A stretch of 64,000 bases of DNA from a bacterium. Lineage in GTDB: Bacteria; Bacillota_I; Bacilli_A; RF39; UBA660. Below are positions 27,160 to 36,274 of this stretch, piece after piece. The notes under the pieces are model-generated. The model had not been told where the DNA came from and made no database searches. It saw only the letters and a list, made by a program, of their open reading frames with translations. Every line of letters begins with the position of its first letter. Position 1 is the first letter of the stretch. The position numbers were made by a program, and so were the translations under genes. Location of the stretch: positions 348 through 64,347 of the forward strand of contig CAVIDW010000005.1 in the NCBI GenBank assembly GCA_963641945.1, written 5' to 3'.

Positions 27160-28731
27160 ATGGAATATATTTGTGGCGCTTATGATAGATTATCTGATGC
27201 TGACAATAAAATTGATGAAAGTTCTTCTATTCAAAGCCAAAAAATTATAATTGATTCTTTTGCTAAATTTAATAATCTAAAAATATATAAACATTATGTA
27301 GATGATGGATACTCTGGAGGAAATTTTGATAGACCTGGATTTCAAGAAATGATAAGTGATATTGAAAAAGGAAAAATTAATTGTGTTATTACAAAAGACC
27401 TATCTCGTTTAGGTCGTGAAATGTATAAAACTGGTAAATATATAGAAGAATATTTTCTAGAAAAAGGCATTAGATATATTGCAATTAATGATTCCTATGA
27501 TTCTAATATAGGGGATTCTATGTTAGGAATTAGATTAAGTGTTAATGATTTATATTTAAGAGATGTTTCTAAAAAGGTTAAGACTTCTCTTCGTGCTAAA
27601 CAGAATAGAGGAGATTATATAGGATCTTTTCCATTATATGGATATAAAAAAGATCCTAATGATAGACATAAATTAATTGTTGATGAAGATGTTAGACATA
27701 TTGTTGAGTTAATTTATGATTTAGCACTAGAAGGTAAATCAGCCAATAAGATAGCAGAACATCTAACATTAAAGAAAATACCTATTCCAATTGTTTATAA
27801 AGGAGATCCTAGAGCAAAAGATGTAGTTGAAAATGATGGTTATGGTATATGGAAAAGACAAACTATCAAAGGAATTTTAACTAATCAAATGTATATTGGT
27901 AATATGGTTCAAAATACACATAATAAGATAAGCTATAACTCTAAAAAACTAAGAAAAACTGCAGAAGATGAATTAATTATTGTTGAAGGTACACATGAAG
28001 GTATAATATCCAAAGAAATATTTGAAAAAGTACAAGAAATAATTAATAGTAAAACCAAGACAAGAGTTACAAGTCGTCAATTAGAATATTTACTAGGTGG
28101 TTTACTTATATGTAGGGAATGTGGTCGCTCTATAAGAATTGGTGAAGATGTTATTAAATCTGGCATAAGGCATTATACACAGTGTAATTTATATACAAGA
28201 AAAGGGAAATTTGGAGTATGTTCATCACATAGAATTAATTACGATTGGCTAGAAGAAGATGTTATTGAATATTTACAAGAAGTGTGTAAAAAATTTTGTA
28301 AATATTATGATATAAATAATTTAGCTGATAATTCTAAAAATATTGTTATTAAAAATATTAATGAAATTAAAAAGAAAATTGAAAGATTTGAAGTTTTATT
28401 AAGTTCTCATCAAACAACCATTGATAATTTATATATTGATAAAGTTAAGGGATTAGTTGATGAAGAAATGTATAAAAGAATCTATGAAAAAACAAAAACT
28501 GAAATAACTAAAATAAATCATGAATTAGAGATTTTAAATAAAAGACTTTTAGCTAATCAAAATGAAAAGTCTAGTACAAGCTTTAATAGATGTAAAAGTG
28601 CTGTTATGGATTATATGTCTTTAAAGAATCCAACTAAAGAACAAATTCAAAGATTGGTAAAAAAGATTGAGATTGACAAAGATAAAAAAGTATATGTGTA
28701 TTTAAAATTTCCAGAATTAGAAGAGATTTAA
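27160..28731 (+). CDS. Large serine recombinase (523 aa)
   Basis: Resolvase catalytic domain: YDRLSDAD (nucleophile Ser), DDGYSGGNFDRPGFQEM, KDLSRLGRE. Recombinase domain. Zinc ribbon: CRECGRS...C...C. C-terminal coiled-coil. GGAGGG RBS. Confidence 0.9.
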   Translation: MEYICGAYDRLSDADNKIDESSSIQSQKIIIDSFAKFNNLKIYKHYVDDGYSGGNFDRPGFQEMISDIEKGKINCVITKDLSRLGREMYKTGKYIEEYFLEKGIRYIAINDSYDSNIGDSMLGIRLSVNDLYLRDVSKKVKTSLRAKQNRGDYIGSFPLYGYKKDPNDRHKLIVDEDVRHIVELIYDLALEGKSANKIAEHLTLKKIPIPIVYKGDPRAKDVVENDGYGIWKRQTIKGILTNQMYIGNMVQNTHNKISYNSKKLRKTAEDELIIVEGTHEGIISKEIFEKVQEIINSKTKTRVTSRQLEYLLGGLLICRECGRSIRIGEDVIKSGIRHYTQCNLYTRKGKFGVCSSHRINYDWLEEDVIEYLQEVCKKFCKYYDINNLADNSKNIVIKNINEIKKKIERFEVLLSSHQTTIDNLYIDKVKGLVDEEMYKRIYEKTKTEITKINHELEILNKRLLANQNEKSSTSFNRCKSAVMDYMSLKNPTKEQIQRLVKKIEIDKDKKVYVYLKFPELEEI

Positions 28732-28817
28732 ATTTAAGTTATTTGGAAGTACTACCTTTAATTTTCAGTTATTTCGTAAGTGTAACCATGTAAAAACAGT
28801 TATTATGGCAATCTATG

Positions 28818-28910
28818 AGGTGTCACTCTTCCTTTTATAAGTTATGGTGGTTCATCACTTCTTGTTAGTATGGCAAGCATTGGAATAATACTTAATATTG
28901 GTGGTAAATA
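28818..28910 (+). pseudogene. 3' fragment of the split SEDS gene, carrying a +1 frameshift
   Basis: ggt gtc act ctt cct ttt ata agt tat ggt ggt tca tca ctt translates to GVTLPFISYGGSSL. An extra c (cttCctt at about 28860) then shifts the frame. The expected tail LVSMASIGIILNIGGK* is in the +1 frame. Confidence 0.8.
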
Positions 28911-29180
28911 ATATATCCATTGTATAAAATTAAAAAATGAAATAATTGTTGAAGCAAAAGAAGATTATCAGTTGTATAATGATTTACTTAATAATTTTAA
29001 AAGTCAGTATGATGTTTCTAATGATGGACTTTTAATTGTTTCTTTTGTTATTGATAATAATATTGAAAGTGATTTAATTGATAGAAAAATAAATAAAGAA
29101 AGTACTATTGAATTAAATATTCCATTTTATAGCAGTATATAATTAATGTAGAAGTAATTCTGCATTTTTTAATAATTGTA

Positions 29181-29207
29181 TTAGCACTCTATATTGACAA
29201 GTGCTAA
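29181..29207 (+). promoter_or_regulatory. CIRCE operator (HrcA binding site) overlapping the clpB promoter
   Basis: TTAGCACTC-tatattgac-AAGTGCTAA compared with the consensus TTAGCACTC-N9-GAGTGCTAA (one mismatch). TTGACA (29194-29199) and TATAAT (29216-29221) are embedded in and next to it. Confidence 0.8.
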
Positions 29208-29248
29208 TTTTTGAGTATAATATAGTATGTAAATAAGAAGGGATAGAT

Positions 29249-31345
29249 ATGTTTAATATGAATAATGAAGAAAATGAAAATGTATTGGAAAAATATGGTC
29301 GTAATATAAATGAAGATGTTAAAAATCATAAGATTGATCCTATTATTGGACGTGATGATGAAATTCGTAGTATAACTAGAATTTTATCTAGAAAAACTAA
29401 AAATAATCCAGTTCTTATTGGTGAACCTGGAGTAGGTAAAACAGCAATTGTGGAAGGACTTGCTCAAAGAATTGTTAAAGGTGATGTACCTGAAAGTTTA
29501 AAAAATAAAACTGTTTGGGAACTTAATATGGCATCTTTAATAGCTGGTGCCAAATATAGAGGTGAATTTGAAGAAAGACTTAAAAAAGTTCTTGATGAAG
29601 TTAAAAAGAGTGAAGGAAATTTAATTATGTTTATTGATGAAATTCACTTAATAGTTGGTACTGGTGCTGTAGATGGAGCTATGGATACTGGTAATATTTT
29701 AAAACCAATGCTGGCTCGTGGTGAAATTCATGTGATAGGTGCAACTACTTTAAATGAATATAGAATGTATATTGAAAAAGATGGTGCTTTAGAACGTAGA
29801 TTTCAAAAAGTAATTATTAGTGAGCCAACTGTTGAAGATACTATAACAATACTTCGTGGACTTAAAGAAAGATTTGAAATTTATCATGGAGTTACTATAC
29901 AAGATAAAGCATTAGTTAGTGCTGCAACGTTATCAAATAGATATATTACTGATAGATTTTTACCTGATAAAGCAATTGATTTAGTTGATGAAGCATGTGC
30001 AACTATTAGAGTTCAAATGGATAGCGTTCCAACCTCTCTTGATGAAATAACTAGAAAAATATTAACTTTACAAGTTGAAAAAGAAGCATTAAAGAAAGAA
30101 AAAGATGAATTATCTATTAAAAGGCTTGAAAAAATTGATAATGAACTTTATACATTAAAGGGAAAAGAACAAGAACTTAGTTCTAAATGGAAAGAAGAAA
30201 AAACTATTAATGAAGAAATTAAGAAAGTTAAGTCTGATATTTCTAAATATACTTTTGAGTTTGAAGAGGCTAAAAATAATTATGATTTAGAAACTGCTGC
30301 TAGAATTAAGAATGGAGTTCTTCCTAAATTACAACAAAAACTTAAAGAATTATCTCAAGAAGGAAAAGATGGAATTTTATCTGATACTGTTACAAGTGAA
30401 GATATAGCTAATGTAATTAGTAAGTGGACTAATGTTCCAATCACTAAACTTATGAGTAGTGAAAAAGATAAAATATTACATTTGGAAGAAAATTTAAGAA
30501 AGCGTGTTAAAGGTCAAGATAAAGCTTTAAAACTTGTTAGTGATGCTATTTTAAGATCTAGAAGTGGAATTAAAGATCCTAATAGACCAATTGGTTCATT
30601 TATGTTTTTAGGACCTACTGGTGTAGGAAAAACTGAGGTTGCTAGAAGTCTTGCTTATGAACTTTTTGATGATGAACATCATATGATTAGAATTGATATG
30701 AGTGAATATATGGAAAAATATTCTGTATCAAGGTTAATAGGCGCAGCTCCTGGATATGTTGGATATGAAGAAGGTGGTCAATTAACTGAGAAAGTTAGAA
30801 GAAATCCTTATTCAATAGTACTTTTTGATGAGATTGAGAAAGCACACCCTGATGTACTTAACTTGTTATTACAAATACTTGATGAAGGAAGACTTACTGA
30901 TTCAAATGGTAGAACTGTTAACTTTAAGAATACAATTATTATTATGACATCTAATGTTGGAAGTGAATATGTTATAGGTAATGAAGAAGATAAAGTTAAA
31001 AGTGAATTAAATAAATATTTTAGACCAGAATTTTTAAATAGACTTGATGAGATTATTGTGTTTGATAAACTTTCTAAAGATGATTTAAGAGAAATTTTAG
31101 ATAAAATTATTAGTGAGATAGAAGAGAGATTAAGTGATATAAATATCAAAATTGAATTAAGTGATTCTGTTAAAGATTACTTTATTGATAATGGATATGA
31201 TCCATATTATGGAGCAAGACCTCTTAAGAGACTTGTAAATAATAAACTTGAAACTTTAATTGCTCGTAAACTTATTAATAATGAAATTAAACAAAATACT
31301 CATATTAAAGTTGATTATATTGATGGAGAACTTAATATTGATTAG
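29249..31345 (+). CDS. clpB: ClpB disaggregase lacking the N-terminal domain (698 aa)
   Basis: Begins at the ...LEKYGRNI...[38 protein letters not shown] segment, which is about residue 155 in full-length ClpB. Long coiled-coil M-domain. Second AAA+ module GPTGVGKTE. Confidence 0.85.
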   Translation: MFNMNNEENENVLEKYGRNINEDVKNHKIDPIIGRDDEIRSITRILSRKTKNNPVLIGEPGVGKTAIVEGLAQRIVKGDVPESLKNKTVWELNMASLIAGAKYRGEFEERLKKVLDEVKKSEGNLIMFIDEIHLIVGTGAVDGAMDTGNILKPMLARGEIHVIGATTLNEYRMYIEKDGALERRFQKVIISEPTVEDTITILRGLKERFEIYHGVTIQDKALVSAATLSNRYITDRFLPDKAIDLVDEACATIRVQMDSVPTSLDEITRKILTLQVEKEALKKEKDELSIKRLEKIDNELYTLKGKEQELSSKWKEEKTINEEIKKVKSDISKYTFEFEEAKNNYDLETAARIKNGVLPKLQQKLKELSQEGKDGILSDTVTSEDIANVISKWTNVPITKLMSSEKDKILHLEENLRKRVKGQDKALKLVSDAILRSRSGIKDPNRPIGSFMFLGPTGVGKTEVARSLAYELFDDEHHMIRIDMSEYMEKYSVSRLIGAAPGYVGYEEGGQLTEKVRRNPYSIVLFDEIEKAHPDVLNLLLQILDEGRLTDSNGRTVNFKNTIIIMTSNVGSEYVIGNEEDKVKSELNKYFRPEFLNRLDEIIVFDKLSKDDLREILDKIISEIEERLSDINIKIELSDSVKDYFIDNGYDPYYGARPLKRLVNNKLETLIARKLINNEIKQNTHIKVDYIDGELNID

Positions 31346-31348
31346 TAT

Positions 31349-31379
31349 AAACAAGATGTTTTTGTGCATCTTGTTTTTT
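31349..31379 (+). terminator. Rho-independent terminator of clpB
   Basis: aaacaagatg-tttttgtg-catcttgttt plus a T-run. Confidence 0.75.
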
Positions 31380-31452
31380 AATTTCTTGACAAATTTTTTT
31401 TTAATGTATAATATTATTTAGAGGGAAAGATAATATTAATAAAAGGAGAAAT

Positions 31453-33522
31453 ATGAAAAATCTTGTTATTGTAGAAAGCCCTAGTAAAAGTAAGACTATT
31501 GAAAAATATTTGGGTAAAGATTATAAAGTATTATCTTCTAAAGGTCATATTCGTGATTTAGCAACTACTGGGAAGTTTGGTCTTGGAGTTGATTTAGAAG
31601 ATCATTTTAAACCTAATTATATTTTAATGAAGGGTAAGAGTAAACTTGTTAATGAATTAAAAAAAGAGGCTAAAGGTGCAGACAATGTTATTTTAGCAAC
31701 TGACCCCGATCGTGAAGGGGAAGCTATTAGTTGGCATTTAAAAGAAGCATTAAATTTAAAAGATAATTATGGTAGAGTAGTTTTTAATGAAATTACTGAA
31801 CCAGCTATCAAAGAAGCATTTAAGAAACCTAGAGATATTGATATGGAACTTGTTCATAGTCAAGAATCTAGAAGAATATTAGATAGAATAATTGGTTTTA
31901 GACTTAGTAGATTAATGCAAACTAAAACTGATGGTAAGAGTGCTGGTAGAGTACAAAGTGTAGCATTAAAATTAATTGTAGATAGAGAAAGAGAAATTGA
32001 AGCTTTTGTACCTGAAGAATATTATACTATTGAAGCTAATTTTAAAGATTTTAAAGCTGAACTTAAAAAATATAGAGGAAAAGATATTGAAATTAAGACT
32101 TCTGTTGAGGCTGATGAAATCTTATCTAAATTATCTAATGCATTTAATATTGATGGAGTTGAAACTAAACTTAAGAATAAACCTAGTAAACTACCATTTA
32201 CTACTAGTACTTTGACACAAATGGCTTCTAATAGACTTGGATATCCAGCTTCTAAAACTATGATGATTGCTCAAAAGTTATATGAAGGAGTCAATATTGG
32301 AAGTGAAACTGTTGGTTTAATTTCTTATATGAGAACTGATTCTATTAGATTATCTGATTTATTTGTTAGTGATACTAAAAAATATATTAAAGCAAATTAT
32401 GGTGAAGATTATGTAGGGTATGCTAAGAGTAGTAAAAAGACAGAGAATGTTCAAGACGCTCATGAAGCTATTAGACCTACTAGTATTAATAGAACTCCTG
32501 AATCTGTTAAAAAGTATTTAACTCCAGAAGAGTTTAAGCTATATAACTTAATATATATTAGAACACTTAGTTCTTTAATGGCTGATGCTAAAGTTGAAGC
32601 TACTAGTGTTGATTTAGAAAATCATGAATATATGTTTAGAGTTAATGGACAAATATGTGTTTTTGATGGTTATTTAAAAGTATATAAAGACTTTGAAGAG
32701 AGTGAAGATGTAATATTACCAGATTTTAAAAATTATAAATCTAAAGTAATAGTATGCAGTGATATTAAAAAGATACAACATTTTACTGAACCTAAACCTA
32801 GATTTACAGAAGCTAAATTAATAGCTGAAATGGAGAAGTTAGGAATTGGAAGACCAAGTACATATGCTAAAATAATAAGTGTATTAAAAGAAAGAAAATA
32901 TGTCACTATTAAGGATAAAAAATTCTATCCAACTGAAATAGGTATTAAAGTAACTGATAAACTACAAGAATTCTTTTCATCTATAATTAATGTTAATTAT
33001 ACTGCTAATATGGAAGAAGAACTTGATGAAGTTGCTTTAGGTAAAATGGTTTGGTATGAAATAATAGATAAATTTTATAAAGATTTTGAACCACTTTTAA
33101 ATACTGCATTTAAAGAAATGGAAAAGGATGCTCCTGTTGAGACTGGAGAAATGTGTCCAAATTGTAATAGTCCTTTAGTAGTTAGAAAAGGTAAATATGG
33201 AGAATTTACAGCATGCTCAAATTATCCAGAGTGTAAATACATTCAAAAAGAAGAAAAAGAAGAACCACGTGAGACTGGAGAAATGTGTCCTAAATGCAAA
33301 AACCCTTTAGTGATAAGAAAGGGCAAGTATGGAGAATTTACTGCATGCTCAAATTATCCAAAATGTAAATATATTAAAGAAGAAGAACCTGTTTTGTTAG
33401 ATGAAGAGTGTCCTGAATGTGGAAATAAATTATCAATAAGATATGGAAGATATGGAAAATTTACAGCATGTTCTAATTATCCAAAGTGTAAGTATATAAA
33501 AAAGAAAGATAAGAGTGAATAA
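31453..33522 (+). CDS. topA: DNA topoisomerase I with three C-terminal C4 zinc ribbons
   Basis: Toprim LVIVESPSKSKTIEKYLG and ATDPDREGEAISWH. Active-site region GLISYMRTDS. Three CP(N/K/E)C...GKYG(E/K)FTACSNYP(E/K)CKY repeats, visible also as DNA repeats at about 33140-33500. Confidence 0.92.
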   Translation: MKNLVIVESPSKSKTIEKYLGKDYKVLSSKGHIRDLATTGKFGLGVDLEDHFKPNYILMKGKSKLVNELKKEAKGADNVILATDPDREGEAISWHLKEALNLKDNYGRVVFNEITEPAIKEAFKKPRDIDMELVHSQESRRILDRIIGFRLSRLMQTKTDGKSAGRVQSVALKLIVDREREIEAFVPEEYYTIEANFKDFKAELKKYRGKDIEIKTSVEADEILSKLSNAFNIDGVETKLKNKPSKLPFTTSTLTQMASNRLGYPASKTMMIAQKLYEGVNIGSETVGLISYMRTDSIRLSDLFVSDTKKYIKANYGEDYVGYAKSSKKTENVQDAHEAIRPTSINRTPESVKKYLTPEEFKLYNLIYIRTLSSLMADAKVEATSVDLENHEYMFRVNGQICVFDGYLKVYKDFEESEDVILPDFKNYKSKVIVCSDIKKIQHFTEPKPRFTEAKLIAEMEKLGIGRPSTYAKIISVLKERKYVTIKDKKFYPTEIGIKVTDKLQEFFSSIINVNYTANMEEELDEVALGKMVWYEIIDKFYKDFEPLLNTAFKEMEKDAPVETGEMCPNCNSPLVVRKGKYGEFTACSNYPECKYIQKEEKEEPRETGEMCPKCKNPLVIRKGKYGEFTACSNYPKCKYIKEEEPVLLDEECPECGNKLSIRYGRYGKFTACSNYPKCKYIKKKDKSE

Positions 33523-33658
33523 AGTTATTTACTTATAAATATGAATATTTTGTAAAAAAAAGTGCATAATTGCTTGCAATTTTAGGTAGTTATGCTACAA
33601 TTGATGTATAAGCATTGTATATGTAGACGATGCTTAATAATATGGGAGGTAATTTACG

Positions 33659-33931
33659 ATGAGTAAAACTGAATTAGTAGAATTCATTGCTGCAAAAGCT
33701 GGATTAACTAAAGCTGATGCTACAAGAGCATTAGATGCTACAATTGAAGGAATCACAACTGGTCTTAAAAAAGAAGGAAAAGTTGCACTAGTTGGATTTG
33801 GAACTTTCACAGCTAAAAAAAGAGCTGCTAGAGAAGGAATTAATCCTTTAACTAAGAAGTCAATTAAGATTCCTGCAAAAGTTGTTGCTGGATTTAAAGC
33901 TGGAAGTAAATTAAAAGACGCTTTAAATTAA
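33659..33931 (+). CDS. hup: Nucleoid protein HU
   Basis: MSKTELVEFIAAKAGLTKADATRALDA...GFGTF...RAAREGINPLT, 90 aa. Confidence 0.92.
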   Translation: MSKTELVEFIAAKAGLTKADATRALDATIEGITTGLKKEGKVALVGFGTFTAKKRAAREGINPLTKKSIKIPAKVVAGFKAGSKLKDALN

Positions 33932-33937
33932 TTTATG

Positions 33938-33958
33938 AAGCCCATGTGGGCTTTTTTT
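33938..33958 (+). terminator. Rho-independent terminator of hup
   Basis: aagccca-tg-tgggctt followed by ttttt. Confidence 0.7.
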
Positions 33959-33995
33959 AATGACTTTTTTTTAGTGTTGTGATATTATATAATAT

Positions 33996-35057
33996 ATGAA
34001 TAATAGTGTTGTTGAAAAATTAAAAAATAGGGGTTATGAAGCTTATATAGTTGGTGGTTATGTTAGAGATTATTTGCTTGGAATAGACTCTCGTGATATT
34101 GATATTTGTACTAATGCAAGTATTGATGAAATAAAAGAAATATTTGAAGATGAAGGTAGGTCTTATGATAAATATTTTAGTTATCATTTAGATAGAGATG
34201 GATATTCTTATGATATTACTTCTTATAGAAAAGAACTAAAATATAAAAATAATAAACCAACTAAATTAGAATATGCTAGAACTTTAAAAGAAGATTTAGA
34301 AAGAAGAGATTTTACTATTAATACTTTAGCTATAGATAGTGGAGGTAAATTAGTTGATATATTTAATAGTAAAAGTGACTTAAATTCTAAAACTATTAAG
34401 GTAGTTGGTGATACTGAAAAGAGACTTACTGAAGATAAGACTAGAATAATTAGAGCTATAAGACTTTGCTGTACTTTAGACTTTAATTTAAATATGGAAA
34501 TAATGTCTTTCTTATCTAAATATGGAAGTTATTTAAAAGATATTCCTAGAGAATATATTAAAAAAGAATTAGATAAAATATTTGATGAGGGAGGATATAA
34601 TAAATTTTATTCTTTAGTTATATATTTTAAACTAGAAGATTATTTAAATATTAAATTAAAAAAGATAGCTAATGTTTATGATAGATATGGTGTTTGGGCT
34701 CAAATAGAGAGTGGTTTACCTTTTACTAGAGTAGAAAAAGATAAAATAAATAAAATAAAAACTATTTTGAGTAAATATTATATAGATTTTTCTGATTTAA
34801 AAGAGTATGATAATGATATTATTTTGAATGCAGCAAGAATTCTTAATATGGATAAAGAAGTAGAGGCTATGAAAGGTCTTGAAGATTTACATAGTATTAT
34901 TGATATAGATATTTCTATAAATACAATGTTAAACTATGTAAGTGTTAATAATATTAGAAAGATTTATAAAATAATAGAGAGAAATATTATTGAAGGTAAA
35001 CTTGATAATAATAGTTATTCTATTGAAGAATTTTTGAGAAAGAGAAATTATGAGTGA
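33996..35057 (+). CDS. cca: CCA-adding enzyme / poly(A) polymerase family tRNA nucleotidyltransferase
   Basis: YIVGGYVRDYLLGIDSRDIDICT nucleotidyltransferase motif and RRDFTINTLA. Confidence 0.75.
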   Translation: MNNSVVEKLKNRGYEAYIVGGYVRDYLLGIDSRDIDICTNASIDEIKEIFEDEGRSYDKYFSYHLDRDGYSYDITSYRKELKYKNNKPTKLEYARTLKEDLERRDFTINTLAIDSGGKLVDIFNSKSDLNSKTIKVVGDTEKRLTEDKTRIIRAIRLCCTLDFNLNMEIMSFLSKYGSYLKDIPREYIKKELDKIFDEGGYNKFYSLVIYFKLEDYLNIKLKKIANVYDRYGVWAQIESGLPFTRVEKDKINKIKTILSKYYIDFSDLKEYDNDIILNAARILNMDKEVEAMKGLEDLHSIIDIDISINTMLNYVSVNNIRKIYKIIERNIIEGKLDNNSYSIEEFLRKRNYE

Positions 35058-35646
35058 TTTAAGAAGTGTATTTACTAGTAAAGATTTTGTTATTAATTCT
35101 AATGTTATTAAGTGTATTAGTAATCTTGATATTACATTAGATGAGTTTTTACTTGTTTTATACTTTATAAATGTATCTAATTATTTAAATAATGATGATA
35201 TTAAAGATAAGCTTGGTTTTGATGATGATAAGATTTTTAACACTTTTAGTAGTCTATTAAATAAAAAATATATTGAGATGGTTGTTACTAATAAGAATGG
35301 GGAAGTTATTGAACAGATTAAATTAGATCCTTTTTATGATAGATTACTTTTGAATAAGAAGTCTGAGGATAAGAGTAGTGATATTTATAGTTTATTTGAG
35401 AGTGAACTTGCTAGAACTTTGTCTTCTTATGAGTATGAGCTTATTAATAAATGGTTGCAACAAGGGGTTAGTGAGGAAACTATTAAAAATGCATTAAAAG
35501 AAGCTATTTTAAACGATGTTAGAAATTTTAAGTATATTGATAAGATTATTTATGAATGGACTAAGAATGGTGTTAAAAGGCGTGTTAAAGAAGAAAAAGA
35601 GAATGAAGAAATGTTTGATTATGATTGGTTAGATGATAATGAATAG
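35050..35646 (+). CDS. dnaD: DnaD-domain replication initiation/remodelling protein
   Basis: C-terminal DnaD/DnaB_2 motif LFESELARTLSSYEYELINKWL...YIDKIIYEWTKNGV. The dnaD-nth synteny matches Bacillus. Confidence 0.7.
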   Translation: MSDLRSVFTSKDFVINSNVIKCISNLDITLDEFLLVLYFINVSNYLNNDDIKDKLGFDDDKIFNTFSSLLNKKYIEMVVTNKNGEVIEQIKLDPFYDRLLLNKKSEDKSSDIYSLFESELARTLSSYEYELINKWLQQGVSEETIKNALKEAILNDVRNFKYIDKIIYEWTKNGVKRRVKEEKENEEMFDYDWLDDNE

Positions 35647-36256
35647 AAAAGCAATTGAAAATGAATTAGATAGATTGTTTTATGATGCTAGGTGTGAATT
35701 AAATTATACCCATGATTATGAATTGTTGCTTTCTGTTATGTTATCGGCTCAAACCACTGATAAAAGTGTTAATATGGTTACTGGTTCTTTATATAGTAAA
35801 TATAATAGTTTAGAAAAATTAAATACTTTAAGTATTAGTGAAATAGATAGTTATATTAGAATACTTGGTTTTCATAATACTAAATCTAAAAATTTTAAAA
35901 TTATTGTTTCTGATTTATTAAAAATAGGATATGTACCTAACGATAGAAAATATTTAGAAAGTTTACCTGGTGTTGGTAGAAAAACAGCAAGTGTGGTACT
36001 TGGAATTTTATTTGATGAGCCTTCTTTTGCGGTTGATACTCACGTATTTAGAGTTTCAAATAGACTGGGTATTACTAAAGATGTGGATGATGTTATTAGT
36101 ACTGAAATAAAGTTAAAGAAATTTTTTGAAAAAGAAAAATGGAATAGAGTTAATTCACAAATGGTTTTATTTGGAAGATATGTATGTAAGAGTAGAAATC
36201 CTAATTGTGAATCATGTAATTTAAAAAGTATTTGTGAGTATTATAAAAACCATTAG
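35633..36256 (+). CDS. nth: Endonuclease III
   Basis: HhH-GPD motif LPGVGRKTASVVL and Fe-S cluster CKSRNPNCESCNLKSIC. Confidence 0.9.
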   Translation: MIMNRKAIENELDRLFYDARCELNYTHDYELLLSVMLSAQTTDKSVNMVTGSLYSKYNSLEKLNTLSISEIDSYIRILGFHNTKSKNFKIIVSDLLKIGYVPNDRKYLESLPGVGRKTASVVLGILFDEPSFAVDTHVFRVSNRLGITKDVDDVISTEIKLKKFFEKEKWNRVNSQMVLFGRYVCKSRNPNCESCNLKSICEYYKNH

Positions 36257-36274
36257 AAATTCTAATGGTTTTAT

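Larger units (their letters stand above)
20643..28819 (+). mobile_element. About 8.2-kb integrated element inside the SEDS gene. It carries a SipW/TasA-like operon and a terminal large serine recombinase (candidate intervening element).
   Basis: Boundaries were inferred from the two halves of the host gene and the shared GG dinucleotide (20641-42 and 28818-19). The recombinase gene ends 87 bp from the right junction. Confidence 0.8.

Noticed and set aside
28911-29150. Open frame (…KNEIIVEAKEDYQLYNDLLNNFKSQYDVSNDGLLIVSFVIDNN…FYSSI*) between the SEDS 3' fragment and the clpB promoter. I considered it as a gene or a lost ClpB N-domain.
   Set aside because: There is no ATG or GTG start and no RBS; the only start is an internal TTG giving about 55 aa. 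It has no resemblance to Clp_N repeats. It may be a remnant, but this cannot be supported.
33139-33500. DNA-level repeats inside the 3' end of topA, considered as a repeat element.
   Set aside because: They encode the three tandem C4 zinc-ribbon domains normal for bacterial topoisomerase I.
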